From positions 8,327 to 72,326 of IMG/VR virus record IMGVR_UViG_3300042294_003292: DNA of 64,000 nucleotides, one strand, 5' to 3'. The translations under genes were made by a program, and so were the position numbers. This DNA comes from a virus. Below, piece after piece: positions 10,020-19,569 of the stretch (its first letter is position 1; each line of letters begins with the position of its first letter). The notes below the pieces were generated by a model. The model made no database searches, was not told the origin of the DNA, and saw nothing but the letters and a program-made list of their open reading frames with translations.

Positions 10020-10403
10020 TTATAAGGACCCCGTAGTTACATCACTTAGAACTTTGATAGTTCCGATAAGTGGTGTCCAGATGGAGTTGTCCTCTAGTGT
10101 CACCTGCAAGTCAAATGGGAGCTCTGCTACAGTTTTAGTGAATCCAGATCCCCAAAATGCTGTTACTTCTGAAGAAACAATAATATTTACATATCCAGCA
10201 TGGACATCGACTTCCAGTTCATCCAGGAAGTCTCCTCTGATGTCATAGGCGGTTGCAGCAAAAGACCAAGAAGAAGTGTCAAACTTAGTGACTTCGTCAT
10301 CTTCTAGGAACTCTACTCTAATAGAGGCACTATCTCCTCTTACGACCTGCCAGGTAATATTGGCTGGGTCAGCACCAAAAATTTCAGGGACACAAAGACT
10401 CAT
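10020..10403 (-). CDS. BppU N-terminal-like protein
   Basis: VVRGDS...FDLQV...GTIKV. Confidence 0.55.
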   Translation of the reverse strand: MSLCVPEIFGADPANITWQVVRGDSASIRVEFLEDDEVTKFDTSSWSFAATAYDIRGDFLDELEVDVHAGYVNIIVSSEVTAFWGSGFTKTVAELPFDLQVTLEDNSIWTPLIGTIKVLSDVTTGSL

Positions 10404-10427
10404 AATACTATTATTATACCCCCATAT

Positions 10428-10480
10428 AAAAGAACTAGCATCCAGGATGGTGGGTATGAAGAACAGCCTGAATGCTAGTT
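10428..10480 (-). ncRNA. candidate stand-alone hairpin sRNA
   Basis: TGTTATAAT promoter puts +1 near 10480; 14-bp stem (G-U on minus strand), loop CUGUUCUUCAUACCCACCAU, U-tract after the stem. Confidence 0.6.
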
Positions 10481-10499
10481 AGTTAAATTATAACATATA

Positions 10500-10680
10500 G
10501 ATAACATTGGCATAAAAAACACTATATATAGTAGTTACCAAATTGTTATGAAATCTTTATAAAAACGTAATAGAAAATATCGTTTGTTTCTGTTATAATC
10601 TTATATATATAATATATATAAATATATATAATATATAAATATTAAGTATATATTAATAATTAATATATAATAATCGGTTT
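10500..10680. other. extremely AT-rich non-coding tract with (TA)n runs
   Basis: 10601-10672 is almost only A/T. Confidence 0.7.
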
Positions 10681-10681
10681 T

Positions 10682-11017
10682 CTACTTTTTGTCAAAATGA
10701 TTTAGAAGTGCTTCAAAAAGCTTATCAATTTTTTCTTCTAATCTATAACTATCTTTTTTTAGATCCGTTACTTCTTGGTTAATTTTTTTAATGTCTTTTC
10801 TTAGATCTTCGTGGTCTTTTTCCATTCTGCTAACCTGGTCCTTTATGCTTGAACCTCCATTAGGCCTTAGTTCCTTGGCCACACTTGTGATCTCGTCTTT
10901 AATGTAGACAGTAAATTTCTTGTGAACCTGGTAGGCTATTGAGGACGCCAGCGTAATCAGGGTTAGGATACCGACAGTTAGGGGTACGTAGTTTTCTAGC
11001 CATTCAACAAGGGTCAT
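10682..11017 (-). CDS. membrane-anchored coiled-coil protein (possible lysis accessory)
   Basis: One TM helix, PNGGSS motif, then coiled coil; TATAAT 7 nt before ATG. Confidence 0.6.
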   Translation of the reverse strand: MTLVEWLENYVPLTVGILTLITLASSIAYQVHKKFTVYIKDEITSVAKELRPNGGSSIKDQVSRMEKDHEDLRKDIKKINQEVTDLKKDSYRLEEKIDKLFEALLNHFDKK

Positions 11018-11080
11018 ATCTATAATTATATTGTTTTTTTTAACATTTTTGCTCATGTTATAATTTATTTAGGAGGGTTC

Positions 11081-11719
11081 ATGTCAGTTCAAATATTCGA
11101 TAACTACATTTCAGGCGAACAAGCAAAAATAATAATTGATGGCTTGTCCCCTTACCTGGTAAAGAGTGATCGTATCGGGATGTCTGAAGCTCAGTACGAA
11201 GATCCGACAAAAGCTCTCTTTAATATTTATGACGGTAAGCCAATTATCGACAACGAAGAGTCGCTAGACGCTGCAACTCTTTTTACGGAAATAGTAAATG
11301 ATGTCGCAAAAGAGATCAGCAAATTTTATAATGTAGAGGCTGTGGTTGCAAGTTCGATTTTTGCAGAGGTTGCCGAAGGTGGGTTCAACGGACTTCATTG
11401 CGATAGCGTGATGCTGGATGGAACTCCGTGGGACGATAATAATGAAGCGCTGGATAATCTTGAGTTCTCGGCACTAGTATATTTGAATACTTCGGGAGTA
11501 GATTACGAAGGCGGTCAAATCGAATTTCCAAATCAAAAGATCAGGGTAACGCCAGAAGCTGGGAAGATGGTTTTCTTTCGGGGCGATATTGATCACCCAC
11601 ATGAAGTCTTCGAAGTAACCGCAGGTAAAAGATATACGCTGGTTTTGTTTTATGGCAGGGCCAGTGAAGTCAAGCAATATCAGCGATTTTTGTCGGAGCG
11701 AGATTTCGGCGGTATATAG
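11081..11719 (+). CDS. 2OG-Fe(II) oxygenase (prolyl-4-hydroxylase-like)
   Basis: HCD...YLN..YEGGQIEF...H.V..V..GKRY. Confidence 0.9.
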   Translation: MSVQIFDNYISGEQAKIIIDGLSPYLVKSDRIGMSEAQYEDPTKALFNIYDGKPIIDNEESLDAATLFTEIVNDVAKEISKFYNVEAVVASSIFAEVAEGGFNGLHCDSVMLDGTPWDDNNEALDNLEFSALVYLNTSGVDYEGGQIEFPNQKIRVTPEAGKMVFFRGDIDHPHEVFEVTAGKRYTLVLFYGRASEVKQYQRFLSERDFGGI

Positions 11720-11812
11720 AGATACCATAACCACTATACAGTAAAACCCTGTAATATGGTTACTTGCACTAAAAAGCCTGACATGCTATAATATTTAAAC
11801 AAGGTGGGTTAT

Positions 11813-12013
11813 ATGTCTGATGATGTACGATTTATAGACCTTTTCGATCCTAATCAGCCTAGGAGCGATAAAGAGCTTATCGAGTACAGGCTCAGTATCT
11901 GTAATCAATGTCCCTGGTTTAATAAGCGCCTAGTTAAGTGCAAACAATGTGGGTGCTTCATGAAACTAAAAAGTACGCTAAAACAAGCTAAATGTCCAAT
12001 AGATAGGTGGTAA
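11813..12013 (+). CDS. Cys-rich DUF6171-like protein
   Basis: RLSICNQCP...CKQCGCFM.LK....KCPIDRW. Confidence 0.7.
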   Translation: MSDDVRFIDLFDPNQPRSDKELIEYRLSICNQCPWFNKRLVKCKQCGCFMKLKSTLKQAKCPIDRW

Positions 12014-12201
12014 AAGTGACTAGAGAAGAAGTTGTACAGAAGATGGTTGAAATCGCAGAAGCGTTTAACCTACAGGCTATTCAGGGTGCTGGTCTACCAG
12101 AGACTCAGATTGAGGAAATGGTTGCACAGGTTAGGCCACAGTTGTATACAATCCAAGGCGAGATTTATGATACCCTCGTCGAAGATGGAGTTATTCAGTA
12201 A
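12007..12201 (+). CDS. hypothetical protein
   Basis: 64-aa ORF coupled to upstream gene. Confidence 0.6.
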   Translation: MVKVTREEVVQKMVEIAEAFNLQAIQGAGLPETQIEEMVAQVRPQLYTIQGEIYDTLVEDGVIQ

Positions 12202-12301
12202 TTCTTATTAAGATGGATTCTGTGGAGTCTTGCAAGGACACTTGTCATTACAGCCACATGCCATCTTGTGCTTAATAATCAACATGATATTATTATAATC
12301 T

Positions 12302-13057
12302 ATGATAGTAAAAGATCTTTCTAAGGATATTCTATATATCGAAAATGTCTTTGAACGTGCCCAGGACTTTGTCGATGCTATAGAGAGATTCGATTCAGAT
12401 ACCCAAGTTCATCCTGTTATTCCAGCTTGGAGAGATTGGTATGACGGTGTTCCGTACCAGGATGAAGATGGTGTATGGCAGGTTAACTATCATGATGCCC
12501 CCAAAGGAAAGCAAAAGCTATTTGATTGGAACATATCAGCTACTAACAATTATAGGGTGTGGCCACTTCCAGAAGATGATCTTGGAGACTATGCCCACAA
12601 GATAGCAAATCCAGTTATTCATTTAATTCACGAACCATATCTAAAGGTCCTAGATATTTGGTATGAGAAGACTGGACACAAGAAGCTAGATTATGTCTCT
12701 AAAAACTATACCCTGAAAAAATATAATACTGGTGGCTCTATAGGCACTCATATTGATAAGAATGATCAAGATCCAGGAAGCACCATGGACTATACCGTTC
12801 TTTTTTATCTAACAGATAACTATGAAGGTGGAGAGATAGAGTTTACAGAAGCAAATATAACTCTAAAGCCTGCAGCTGGAAGTGCTTTGATATTTAAAAC
12901 CACAGAGCCCCATATGGCATATGAAGTAAGAGAAGGAGATAAATACTTTATCTTCATGTATATTCACACAGAGTTTGGACATTCCACCAGTTTGTATGAA
13001 GACTTTGTTGCCCTCAATAATTCTATTTCAGAATATAGGAAAAACCTAAATTCATAA
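12302..13057 (+). CDS. 2OG-Fe(II) oxygenase
   Basis: HID...YLTDNYEGGEIEF...H...V..GDKY. Confidence 0.9.
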   Translation: MIVKDLSKDILYIENVFERAQDFVDAIERFDSDTQVHPVIPAWRDWYDGVPYQDEDGVWQVNYHDAPKGKQKLFDWNISATNNYRVWPLPEDDLGDYAHKIANPVIHLIHEPYLKVLDIWYEKTGHKKLDYVSKNYTLKKYNTGGSIGTHIDKNDQDPGSTMDYTVLFYLTDNYEGGEIEFTEANITLKPAAGSALIFKTTEPHMAYEVREGDKYFIFMYIHTEFGHSTSLYEDFVALNNSISEYRKNLNS

Positions 13058-13239
13058 AAATCTGAATATTTTTTAAATATGTACGATACACGATCACGCT
13101 AAAAAACACCAAATTACTAGAGCGCACACCACACCCCGTACGACCCATGTTATAAAAATGTTATAAGACACTACGGCGTGTCTCCCCTAAAATGTCGTAG
13201 GGTGGTGCTAATGTATAAGTAGTTAGAAAGGATAAATAA

Positions 13240-13479
13240 ATGAACATAATGGAAATTAGAAAGAACGGAATTGGTTCTAACTTTTCTGTAATCAACCCAG
13301 AGGACGGATACCGCAAGGACAACCGCCTATGGTTCGGAACTTGTAGCGAGTGTGGTGAGAGCGTCACCAACTCAAGCCTAAAGGGTTCTTGGGTTCACTC
13401 TATTCACTCTCTAACAGAATACGCCCCTGGTAAGTTTGTGAACTCTTATCGTGATTCTGAGGTGTGTCCTAACGCATAA
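13240..13479 (+). CDS. small early protein (CxxC)
   Basis: Own promoter and GAAAGGATAAATAA RBS. Confidence 0.8.
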   Translation: MNIMEIRKNGIGSNFSVINPEDGYRKDNRLWFGTCSECGESVTNSSLKGSWVHSIHSLTEYAPGKFVNSYRDSEVCPNA

Positions 13480-13523
13480 ATGTCGTAGGGTTATGCTAGT
13501 ATCTAAATAGAAAGGATAAATAA

Positions 13524-13724
13524 ATGAGATACCAAAACAAATACTACCAGCCAGTAGATAGCCTAACACGCTACGCTAAGGTAAACCTGCTAAACCTTCA
13601 GGCAGTAGAAGAACAAATAGACTTGCTAATCTCAATTAGTGATGACCCTAGTTGGGAAACTATCAAAGAGGTAGAAGGTCTAATCAAAGTAGCAAAATCA
13701 CTTGGAACTAAGAGGAGTTGGTAA
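13524..13724 (+). CDS. small early protein
   Basis: Own promoter and GAAAGGATAAATAA RBS. Confidence 0.8.
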   Translation: MRYQNKYYQPVDSLTRYAKVNLLNLQAVEEQIDLLISISDDPSWETIKEVEGLIKVAKSLGTKRSW

Positions 13725-14037
13725 TTGTGATAACCCTAACCTTTGAAACTTGGGAAGAGTTTGATAACGCTATTGGTTCTATTGTAGCTTTGGAGACTGC
13801 TATCGCTACCCCCAGCGAATAGCAAAAGTTTTCTAAAACACGGCGTGTCGTATTGACAATGTCGCCCATCTGGGCTCGGGCCCCCCAATATCTAGTAGTC
13901 CTAATTAAGTTAAGACACTAGATCTAGATCTCCCAGAATTATAACAAAATGATAACAAGTATCACGACACACCCCTAAATGTCCCCAAAATGTCGTAGGG
14001 TCGTGATAGGTTTTTAGTAGTTAGAAAGAAGGAATAA

Positions 14038-14223
14038 ATGAGTAGAAGAATGTGGCGTAAAACTGAATGTAAAGGCTGTGGCTATGTCCAAGAAACAAGC
14101 ACTAGCTACTACCTAGACCGCAAGCAGTGGGACGCAAACCACCTGCCCTATCACTACAGCGTGTTGCCCAAGAAAATGTCTGAGGGTTATGCTAAGTTAG
14201 AACTATCAACGAAAGGAAACTAA
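14038..14223 (+). CDS. small early protein (CxxC)
   Basis: Promoter at 13990; AAGGA RBS. Confidence 0.75.
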   Translation: MSRRMWRKTECKGCGYVQETSTSYYLDRKQWDANHLPYHYSVLPKKMSEGYAKLELSTKGN

Positions 14224-14227
14224 ATAA

Positions 14228-14407
14228 ATGACTGAACAGATTTGCGTATTTTGTATGAACCTAGTCAATGACTATGTTTGTTTTGAGTGTGATGACTACA
14301 AGGGTCTAATGCCACTAAAAGAGGCAGAGGCTTACTTGGGTGAGGATTTCCCAGAGGAATACCGCCAACCAATGTCTATCTATGGACAAAACCTAATCTG
14401 GCAATAA
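14228..14407 (+). CDS. small zinc-finger-like early protein (59 aa)
   Basis: Manual translation MTEQICVFC...VCFECDDYKG; GAAAGGA RBS. Confidence 0.7.
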   Translation: MTEQICVFCMNLVNDYVCFECDDYKGLMPLKEAEAYLGEDFPEEYRQPMSIYGQNLIWQ

Positions 14408-14452
14408 TGTCAGACCCCTATGCTAGATTTGTAAAAACGAAAGGATAAATAA

Positions 14453-14623
14453 ATGGCTTACAACAGAGAATCACACGAACTACTAGACTCAGCACTAGAG
14501 GTTCTAAAGACTAAGGCTCAATACCCTTATGCCAGAATGGTTGGATACCTAATGCCTAATGTGCCACTAGAAGATGCTAAGCGTATCGCAGAACTAATCC
14601 TAGAGTGGGAGGGCGACAAGTGA
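14453..14623 (+). CDS. small early protein (56 aa)
   Basis: Manual ORF with CGAAAGGATAAATAA RBS and promoter at 14407. Confidence 0.75.
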   Translation: MAYNRESHELLDSALEVLKTKAQYPYARMVGYLMPNVPLEDAKRIAELILEWEGDK

Positions 14624-14995
14624 GTCTGTCAGTAGAAGAACTAGAAACCCTAATTTTCCAAATTGACCTAATGCTCTCAGAAGATAAAATGTCTGAAGGT
14701 GTTGGTAGTCTTTTTACAACTAGAGAGGATAACTAAATGATTTTCTATAACGGATTCAATCTAATGGTTGATTTGATTTTGGTTGCTGTTGTGTATGTAA
14801 TTGCTCACGGCATTGGATACCGCAAAGCCAAAGACTTTTTTCAGCCCCCGTTCTAACGGCGTGTCGCCTTGACAAAGTGTCAGGGTGGCGGCCGAGCCCT
14901 GGATCAGATCGGGCCCCAATTTGTTTACGAATATTTTTACGACACTCCCAGAAAATCTCCCAATAAATGTCAGAGGGTAGATGTATAATAAAGCT

Positions 14996-15160
14996 ATGAA
15001 ACTAGGAAAAGCTAATGAATCAAGACGCAAGGCGGAAAGTAAAGAACTATTCCGCAACTTACTAAAAGCTCCTCACCTAGTTTCTACACCAGAAAAATAC
15101 AAGGGAAGTCGTCAGTCTAACAATACTAAGGCTATTAGAGAAAGTAAGGCAGATGAGTAA
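14996..15160 (+). CDS. small basic early protein (54 aa, leaderless)
   Basis: TATAAT 6 nt upstream of ATG; K/R-rich. Confidence 0.65.
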   Translation: MKLGKANESRRKAESKELFRNLLKAPHLVSTPEKYKGSRQSNNTKAIRESKADE

Positions 15161-15283
15161 TTATAACTGTTGGGACTGTAATAAGCTAACTAGACACTTA
15201 TTCGAATACAGAACAATAAATGTCTGTGCCTCATGTTATGCTATTAGAGTTGGACACCCCTCAGCAAGAAAGTTGGTAAAGTA

Positions 15284-15586
15284 ATGGGAAGCTTACAAGC
15301 AAGCGAATTCGCTCAAATGGATGTTGATATTGAAACTGCCTTGGCGTGGCACTTGAAGGGTAATCACTATCCACCAATTCCTAGCTCAATGATACAACCA
15401 TGTATAGAGGCTATTGACGCTTATTGGGAAGAGGACTACAACAGACTAATCCAATTGCCAATTGATGGCGTAGACCGTAATGGAGAGCCGTTCCAAATTA
15501 GATGGCGTGATGGCTCAGACAAGGCTCCCGCTTGGGCCCTAGTTGAACACGCTCACCTTGACGCTTGGCTACCTGAAATAGAATAA
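15284..15586 (+). CDS. hypothetical early protein
   Basis: 100-aa ORF after promoter 15220. Confidence 0.75.
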   Translation: MGSLQASEFAQMDVDIETALAWHLKGNHYPPIPSSMIQPCIEAIDAYWEEDYNRLIQLPIDGVDRNGEPFQIRWRDGSDKAPAWALVEHAHLDAWLPEIE

Positions 15587-15628
15587 ATGTCAGACGTAGT
15601 CTGTATAATTATCTAAGAAAGGACCCCT

Positions 15629-16348
15629 ATGCCCCTAATACGTTCAAAAGATAGAAAGGTTACAAATGCGGTATCTCCGAATGGTAAGTCGCCCACTATT
15701 GCTAACACCTTTGGGCTTCCGTCTGGTAAAGCGTTTTCCTGCCCTGGAGCAACTAGTGTATGCGAGAAAATCTGCTATGCGGGTAAACTAGAGAAAATCT
15801 ATAAAGGCGTCAAGGACGTCCTTCTAACCAATTGGGACCTGCTACGTAATGCAGACCAATTGGAAATGGAAGCGCTATTGTTCCAAATGATAGATGAGTT
15901 TGATAAAGACTGTAACAAGCGCAATGCAGAAAAGCTGTTTCGAATTCACTGGGACGGTGACTTCTTCAATGAGACTTATACTCACGCTTGGAAGAATGTA
16001 ATCCTTGCATTCCCTTCCATTCAATTCTGGGTATACACCCGTTCAGACTTTGCGGTACCTATCCTTAGCGATGTTTCTAACTTATCACTGTACTTCTCAA
16101 CTGATGATGATAACTGGCAGCTGGCTAGTGAGTTGAAGAAAGCCAATGGCGTTAAGCTTGCATACCTTGCTCAAAATTTTGCAATGGGTAAAGAGCGGAT
16201 GTTGTCTATCACGCCTAAGTCTGCAATTCCTTGCCCTGAGAATGCGAAGAAACTTCCGCTAATCAGTGACAAGGGTTCCGCCTGCGTTACTTGCGGACAG
16301 TGTGTTTTTGCACGTAATGACATTTTGTTTAGCGCTAGTAAAAAGTAA
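15629..16348 (+). CDS. GP88-like Cys-rich phage protein (possible Fe-S enzyme)
   Basis: CPGATSVCEKICYA, FRIHWDGDF, FWVYTRS, C-terminal CP...CVTCGQC. Confidence 0.75.
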   Translation: MPLIRSKDRKVTNAVSPNGKSPTIANTFGLPSGKAFSCPGATSVCEKICYAGKLEKIYKGVKDVLLTNWDLLRNADQLEMEALLFQMIDEFDKDCNKRNAEKLFRIHWDGDFFNETYTHAWKNVILAFPSIQFWVYTRSDFAVPILSDVSNLSLYFSTDDDNWQLASELKKANGVKLAYLAQNFAMGKERMLSITPKSAIPCPENAKKLPLISDKGSACVTCGQCVFARNDILFSASKK

Positions 16349-16466
16349 GGGGATGAGGTAAAATATATCATGGACACTTTCTACATTCTATTGATTTTAT
16401 TTCTCATGGCCCTGCTACTAGTTTCTAATAATAGAAAATAGAATCATGCTATAGGGGCATGTTAAC

Positions 16467-16530
16467 CTAGGGATCTTGTTATATCCTTTCTTAGGTCCCT
16501 GGCGTCCTGGCCACGACGATAAACTGGCCA
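16467..16530 (+). ncRNA. anti-RBS hairpin A followed by pseudoknot motif
   Basis: 10-bp stem; loop UGUUAUAUCCUUUCUU complementary to AGAAAGGAUA; pseudoknot at 16503-16530. Confidence 0.65.
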
Positions 16531-16638
16531 CATTTCGGCCCGAGCCGCTTTATAACAAAATGGTAACAAGTTTACGACACGTCTCAAAAATGTCCTAGGT
16601 ATGATGTATAGTAATACTACCTAAAAAGAAAGTAGAGT

Positions 16639-17202
16639 ATGGGAACTAGAGGAATCACAGAAGTAGTTTACAATGGTGAAATTGTTGTTAGCCAGTATGG
16701 TCAATGGGACCACTACCCAAGCGGTCAGGGTATCACAGCGTTCAAGTTTCTACGCAGTCAAGAAAACATTGACAACCTAAAGAAAAATCTTGCCCTAGTC
16801 TATGTTCCAAGTGATGACGAATACAAAGCTATTGTAAGCAAGTATTCTGATGAGCGTGGAATGATGACTATGGAACAGGGTGATGAGTTCAACAAGATGT
16901 ATCCAAGTCTAACCAGAGATACTGGTGCTGGTATCCTTGAGATTATTGCTAACGCAACTGAATCAGTCCCACTATTTTTGGACCTAGAGTTCAAAGATGA
17001 CAGACTATTCTGTGAAGGTGTTTATACAATCAACTTAGATGACAACACTTTCACAACTAGATACAATCGCTACGAAAATGACAATGATGAAGATGTTTAT
17101 ACTTTATCTTTTGAGCAGATTCTTTACACGGGTGAAGATGACTATCTTGAAAGAGCAAAGTGTGGAGTCTATCAGTATCAAAAGTCTGAGGCTTTAGCCT
17201 AA
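16639..17202 (+). CDS. hypothetical early protein
   Basis: MGTRG...QYGQWDHYPSGQG; GAAAGTAG RBS. Confidence 0.8.
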   Translation: MGTRGITEVVYNGEIVVSQYGQWDHYPSGQGITAFKFLRSQENIDNLKKNLALVYVPSDDEYKAIVSKYSDERGMMTMEQGDEFNKMYPSLTRDTGAGILEIIANATESVPLFLDLEFKDDRLFCEGVYTINLDDNTFTTRYNRYENDNDEDVYTLSFEQILYTGEDDYLERAKCGVYQYQKSEALA

Positions 17203-17218
17203 CAAGATACCCTGCCAG

Positions 17219-17270
17219 CTTGACAAACTGGCGGGGATCTGCTCGGCCCCAAAACTAGGCGTTTGTCAAG
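17219..17270. repeat. 52-bp dyad-symmetric site
   Basis: CTTGACAAAC...GTTTGTCAAG perfect 10-bp arms centred on the CG of GCTCGGCC. Confidence 0.7.
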
Positions 17271-17423
17271 TTTACGATTATAACAATTTTTCCCCTGAAT
17301 TGTTATAAATAACTTGGGCGTGGCTCTTGATAATGTCGGAGGTATGCCCTATAATTTAGGAGTAGCAAAAACGACTACTAAATAGAAAAATCCTAGTGGA
17401 AAGACTAGGTGAAAGGAAGCAAA

Positions 17424-17579
17424 ATGGCAAATGTAATTGCCCCCGTTGTTGGCTCACAATACACTACTCAGAAATCAGGCGTTTCTGGGATTGTTCAGGA
17501 AGTTGTCGCAAACAAGACTGGAACTTTCCGTGTCCGTCTTGATGTAAATGGGCAGCCTCGCTGGACTACTATCAAGTAA
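17424..17579 (+). CDS. small beta-rich early protein (51 aa)
   Basis: Manual translation MANVIAPVVGSQYTTQKSGVSG...RWTTIK; GAAAGGA RBS. Confidence 0.7.
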   Translation: MANVIAPVVGSQYTTQKSGVSGIVQEVVANKTGTFRVRLDVNGQPRWTTIK

Positions 17580-17590
17580 TAAATTAGTTT

Positions 17591-17627
17591 GAGGGGGTAG
17601 AGTTATTTATCCTTTCGCTACCCCCTC
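17591..17627 (+). ncRNA. anti-RBS hairpin B
   Basis: Perfect 10-bp stem; loop contains the exact reverse complement of (C)GAAAGGATAAATAA. Confidence 0.75.
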
Positions 17628-17687
17628 TCCTAAAATGTCTGACCCTGCCCCTATAATGTAATTACCCCAAATAGAAAGTAGAAACAA

Positions 17688-18134
17688 ATGGCTAGAACCC
17701 TGTCCGTAAAAGTTCCAACAAGCAAACTAATCGCAGACATTGAGCAGTCTATCGCTAAGATTGACGCAGACATTGAGGCGTATTCTGGATTGCGTAAGAA
17801 GTATGAAGCAGACATCAAGCAGTATGAGAAAGACCTTATTGCTTATGCTGTAAAGGCACTACAAGACCCAAACAATGTTGGCACAGACCACAACTCTCTA
17901 ATTCGTGTATCAACCAACAACTACCGCAACTCTGTATCTGTTGATTTTGATACTGAGGGTCTTGGTTTCCCAAAGAAGCCAGAAGAGCCAGCAAGACCAA
18001 ATGAGAAGACCTACTTTGGTAGGGACTACACCACACGCAAGGAAATCCTAGAGAAGAACCTGCGTATTCTAAAGATGACCTCTCAAGAGGAAGTATCAGC
18101 AAGTTCTTACTCTGCTGTGATTGACCTAATCTAA
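17688..18134 (+). CDS. hypothetical early protein (coiled coil)
   Basis: 148 aa; own promoter; GAAAGTAG RBS. Confidence 0.8.
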   Translation: MARTLSVKVPTSKLIADIEQSIAKIDADIEAYSGLRKKYEADIKQYEKDLIAYAVKALQDPNNVGTDHNSLIRVSTNNYRNSVSVDFDTEGLGFPKKPEEPARPNEKTYFGRDYTTRKEILEKNLRILKMTSQEEVSASSYSAVIDLI

Positions 18135-18143
18135 TTAGGGAAA

Positions 18144-18170
18144 CGACCTGAGCAAGTCGCTAAACTGCTC
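18144..18170 (+). ncRNA. 3'-UTR H-type pseudoknot motif
   Basis: CGAC-CT-GAGCA-A-GTCG-CTAAAC-TGCTC, 9 nt after the stop codon. Confidence 0.7.
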
Positions 18171-18374
18171 TCCCCTTGGCACAAATACTGCGTGATCTGA
18201 TCACCCAAAGCTGAAGCCAGGGGGATCTTCCCGTTTTTGGCTCGGGCCGCCGTTACCAAATTGTTATTTTAAGAAGTCTAATTATTTTGCCCCAGATTCT
18301 TGACAATGTCAGAGGGTGGCTGTAAAATAGTCTCAACAAACAAATAACTAATAACCCTAATAGAAAGTAGAAAA

Positions 18375-19376
18375 ATGGCACATTTGCTAGAACAGTCCGC
18401 AACAGGCGAAACCGCTTTTGCTTCTTTTCGTGAGCCAGCTTGGCACCAGCTAGGCACAGTTTTCAATGAGGAAGTCTCAACTAACAAGATGTTGAAACTC
18501 GCACACCTTGACAACTGGAATGTTCGCTTGGAAGATGTAGCAATTCCAAATGGTTTTGAGAGTGACAAGAATTATTTCTTCGTGACTAGAACTAACCCAT
18601 TCAACAAGCAACAGAATGATGTTCTTGGCGTTGTTGGTGAAAGATACAATGTTCTTCAGAATGAAGACTTGTTTGATTTTGGTGATGCCCTGCTGGACGG
18701 CGGTCGCTGGGAGACTGCTGGTTCTATCAAGAACGGCAGACAGGTTTTCGGTTCTCTTGCTCTTGAGCGTGAAACAGTTCTTGACCCTAACGGCGTTTCA
18801 GATGTTGTGAAGTCTTATTTGCTAATCAACACTAGCCACGACGGCTCAGTTGCTATTCAGGCTTCTATCACACCTGTTCGTGTTGTATGTGCTAACACTC
18901 TAAACCTTGCTCTTGGTAAAGGCAACAGAGGTGTCAAGCAGTCTTTCAAGATTCGCCACACCCAAACCGCTTCAGGCAAAGTTGCTCAGGCTCGTGAGGC
19001 TCTTGGTCTTGCTAATAAGTATCTTGATGAGTTTGACAAGCTTGCTCAGTCTATGATTGAAAAAGAATTGACTAAGGCTCAGTTTGACAAGATTGTTGAG
19101 CTGGCTTACCCAAAGCCAGACAAAGATACCAAAGGTGCTGTCAAGAAGTGGGAAAACAAAACAGACATTCTTCAGAGTATCTATGTTGGTTCAACTAACG
19201 GAATGATTGCTGGAACTGCTTGGGGTGCTTTCAATGCTCTAACTGAGAGACTAGACTGGTATCGCACTGCTAGAGGTGGCTCTAACGAATCTATTCTAGC
19301 AGCTGCTTCTGGTTTTGACCCTGTGACTACCGCAGAAAAAAACAGACTGCTTCAGTTGGTCTTGGCTAACAGCTAA
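18375..19376 (+). CDS. DUF932 / TIGR03299-like phage-plasmid protein
   Basis: PAWHQLG, VVGERYNVLQN, ETAGSIKNGR, SHDGS, RVVCANTL, GTAWGAFNALTE. Confidence 0.9.
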   Translation: MAHLLEQSATGETAFASFREPAWHQLGTVFNEEVSTNKMLKLAHLDNWNVRLEDVAIPNGFESDKNYFFVTRTNPFNKQQNDVLGVVGERYNVLQNEDLFDFGDALLDGGRWETAGSIKNGRQVFGSLALERETVLDPNGVSDVVKSYLLINTSHDGSVAIQASITPVRVVCANTLNLALGKGNRGVKQSFKIRHTQTASGKVAQAREALGLANKYLDEFDKLAQSMIEKELTKAQFDKIVELAYPKPDKDTKGAVKKWENKTDILQSIYVGSTNGMIAGTAWGAFNALTERLDWYRTARGGSNESILAAASGFDPVTTAEKNRLLQLVLANS

Positions 19377-19382
19377 CCAAAA

Positions 19383-19408
19383 GTCCTGGGCATGACCAAA
19401 AACTGCCC
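19383..19408 (+). ncRNA. 3'-UTR H-type pseudoknot motif
   Basis: GTC-CT-GGGCA-T-GAC-CAAAAAC-TGCCC, 6 nt after the stop codon. Confidence 0.7.
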
Positions 19409-19569
19409 TCCATTCACACTTGACAAGATCGCAATTTTCGGGCCGAGCGCCTAAAGTAAAATTAGTTAATAAAAAATACCAATTACGAAGTGGTAAATAA
19501 TTTCCCAGAAATCTTGATAATGTCAGAGGCAACCACTATAATGTAACTACCCTAAAAGAAAGTAGACAA

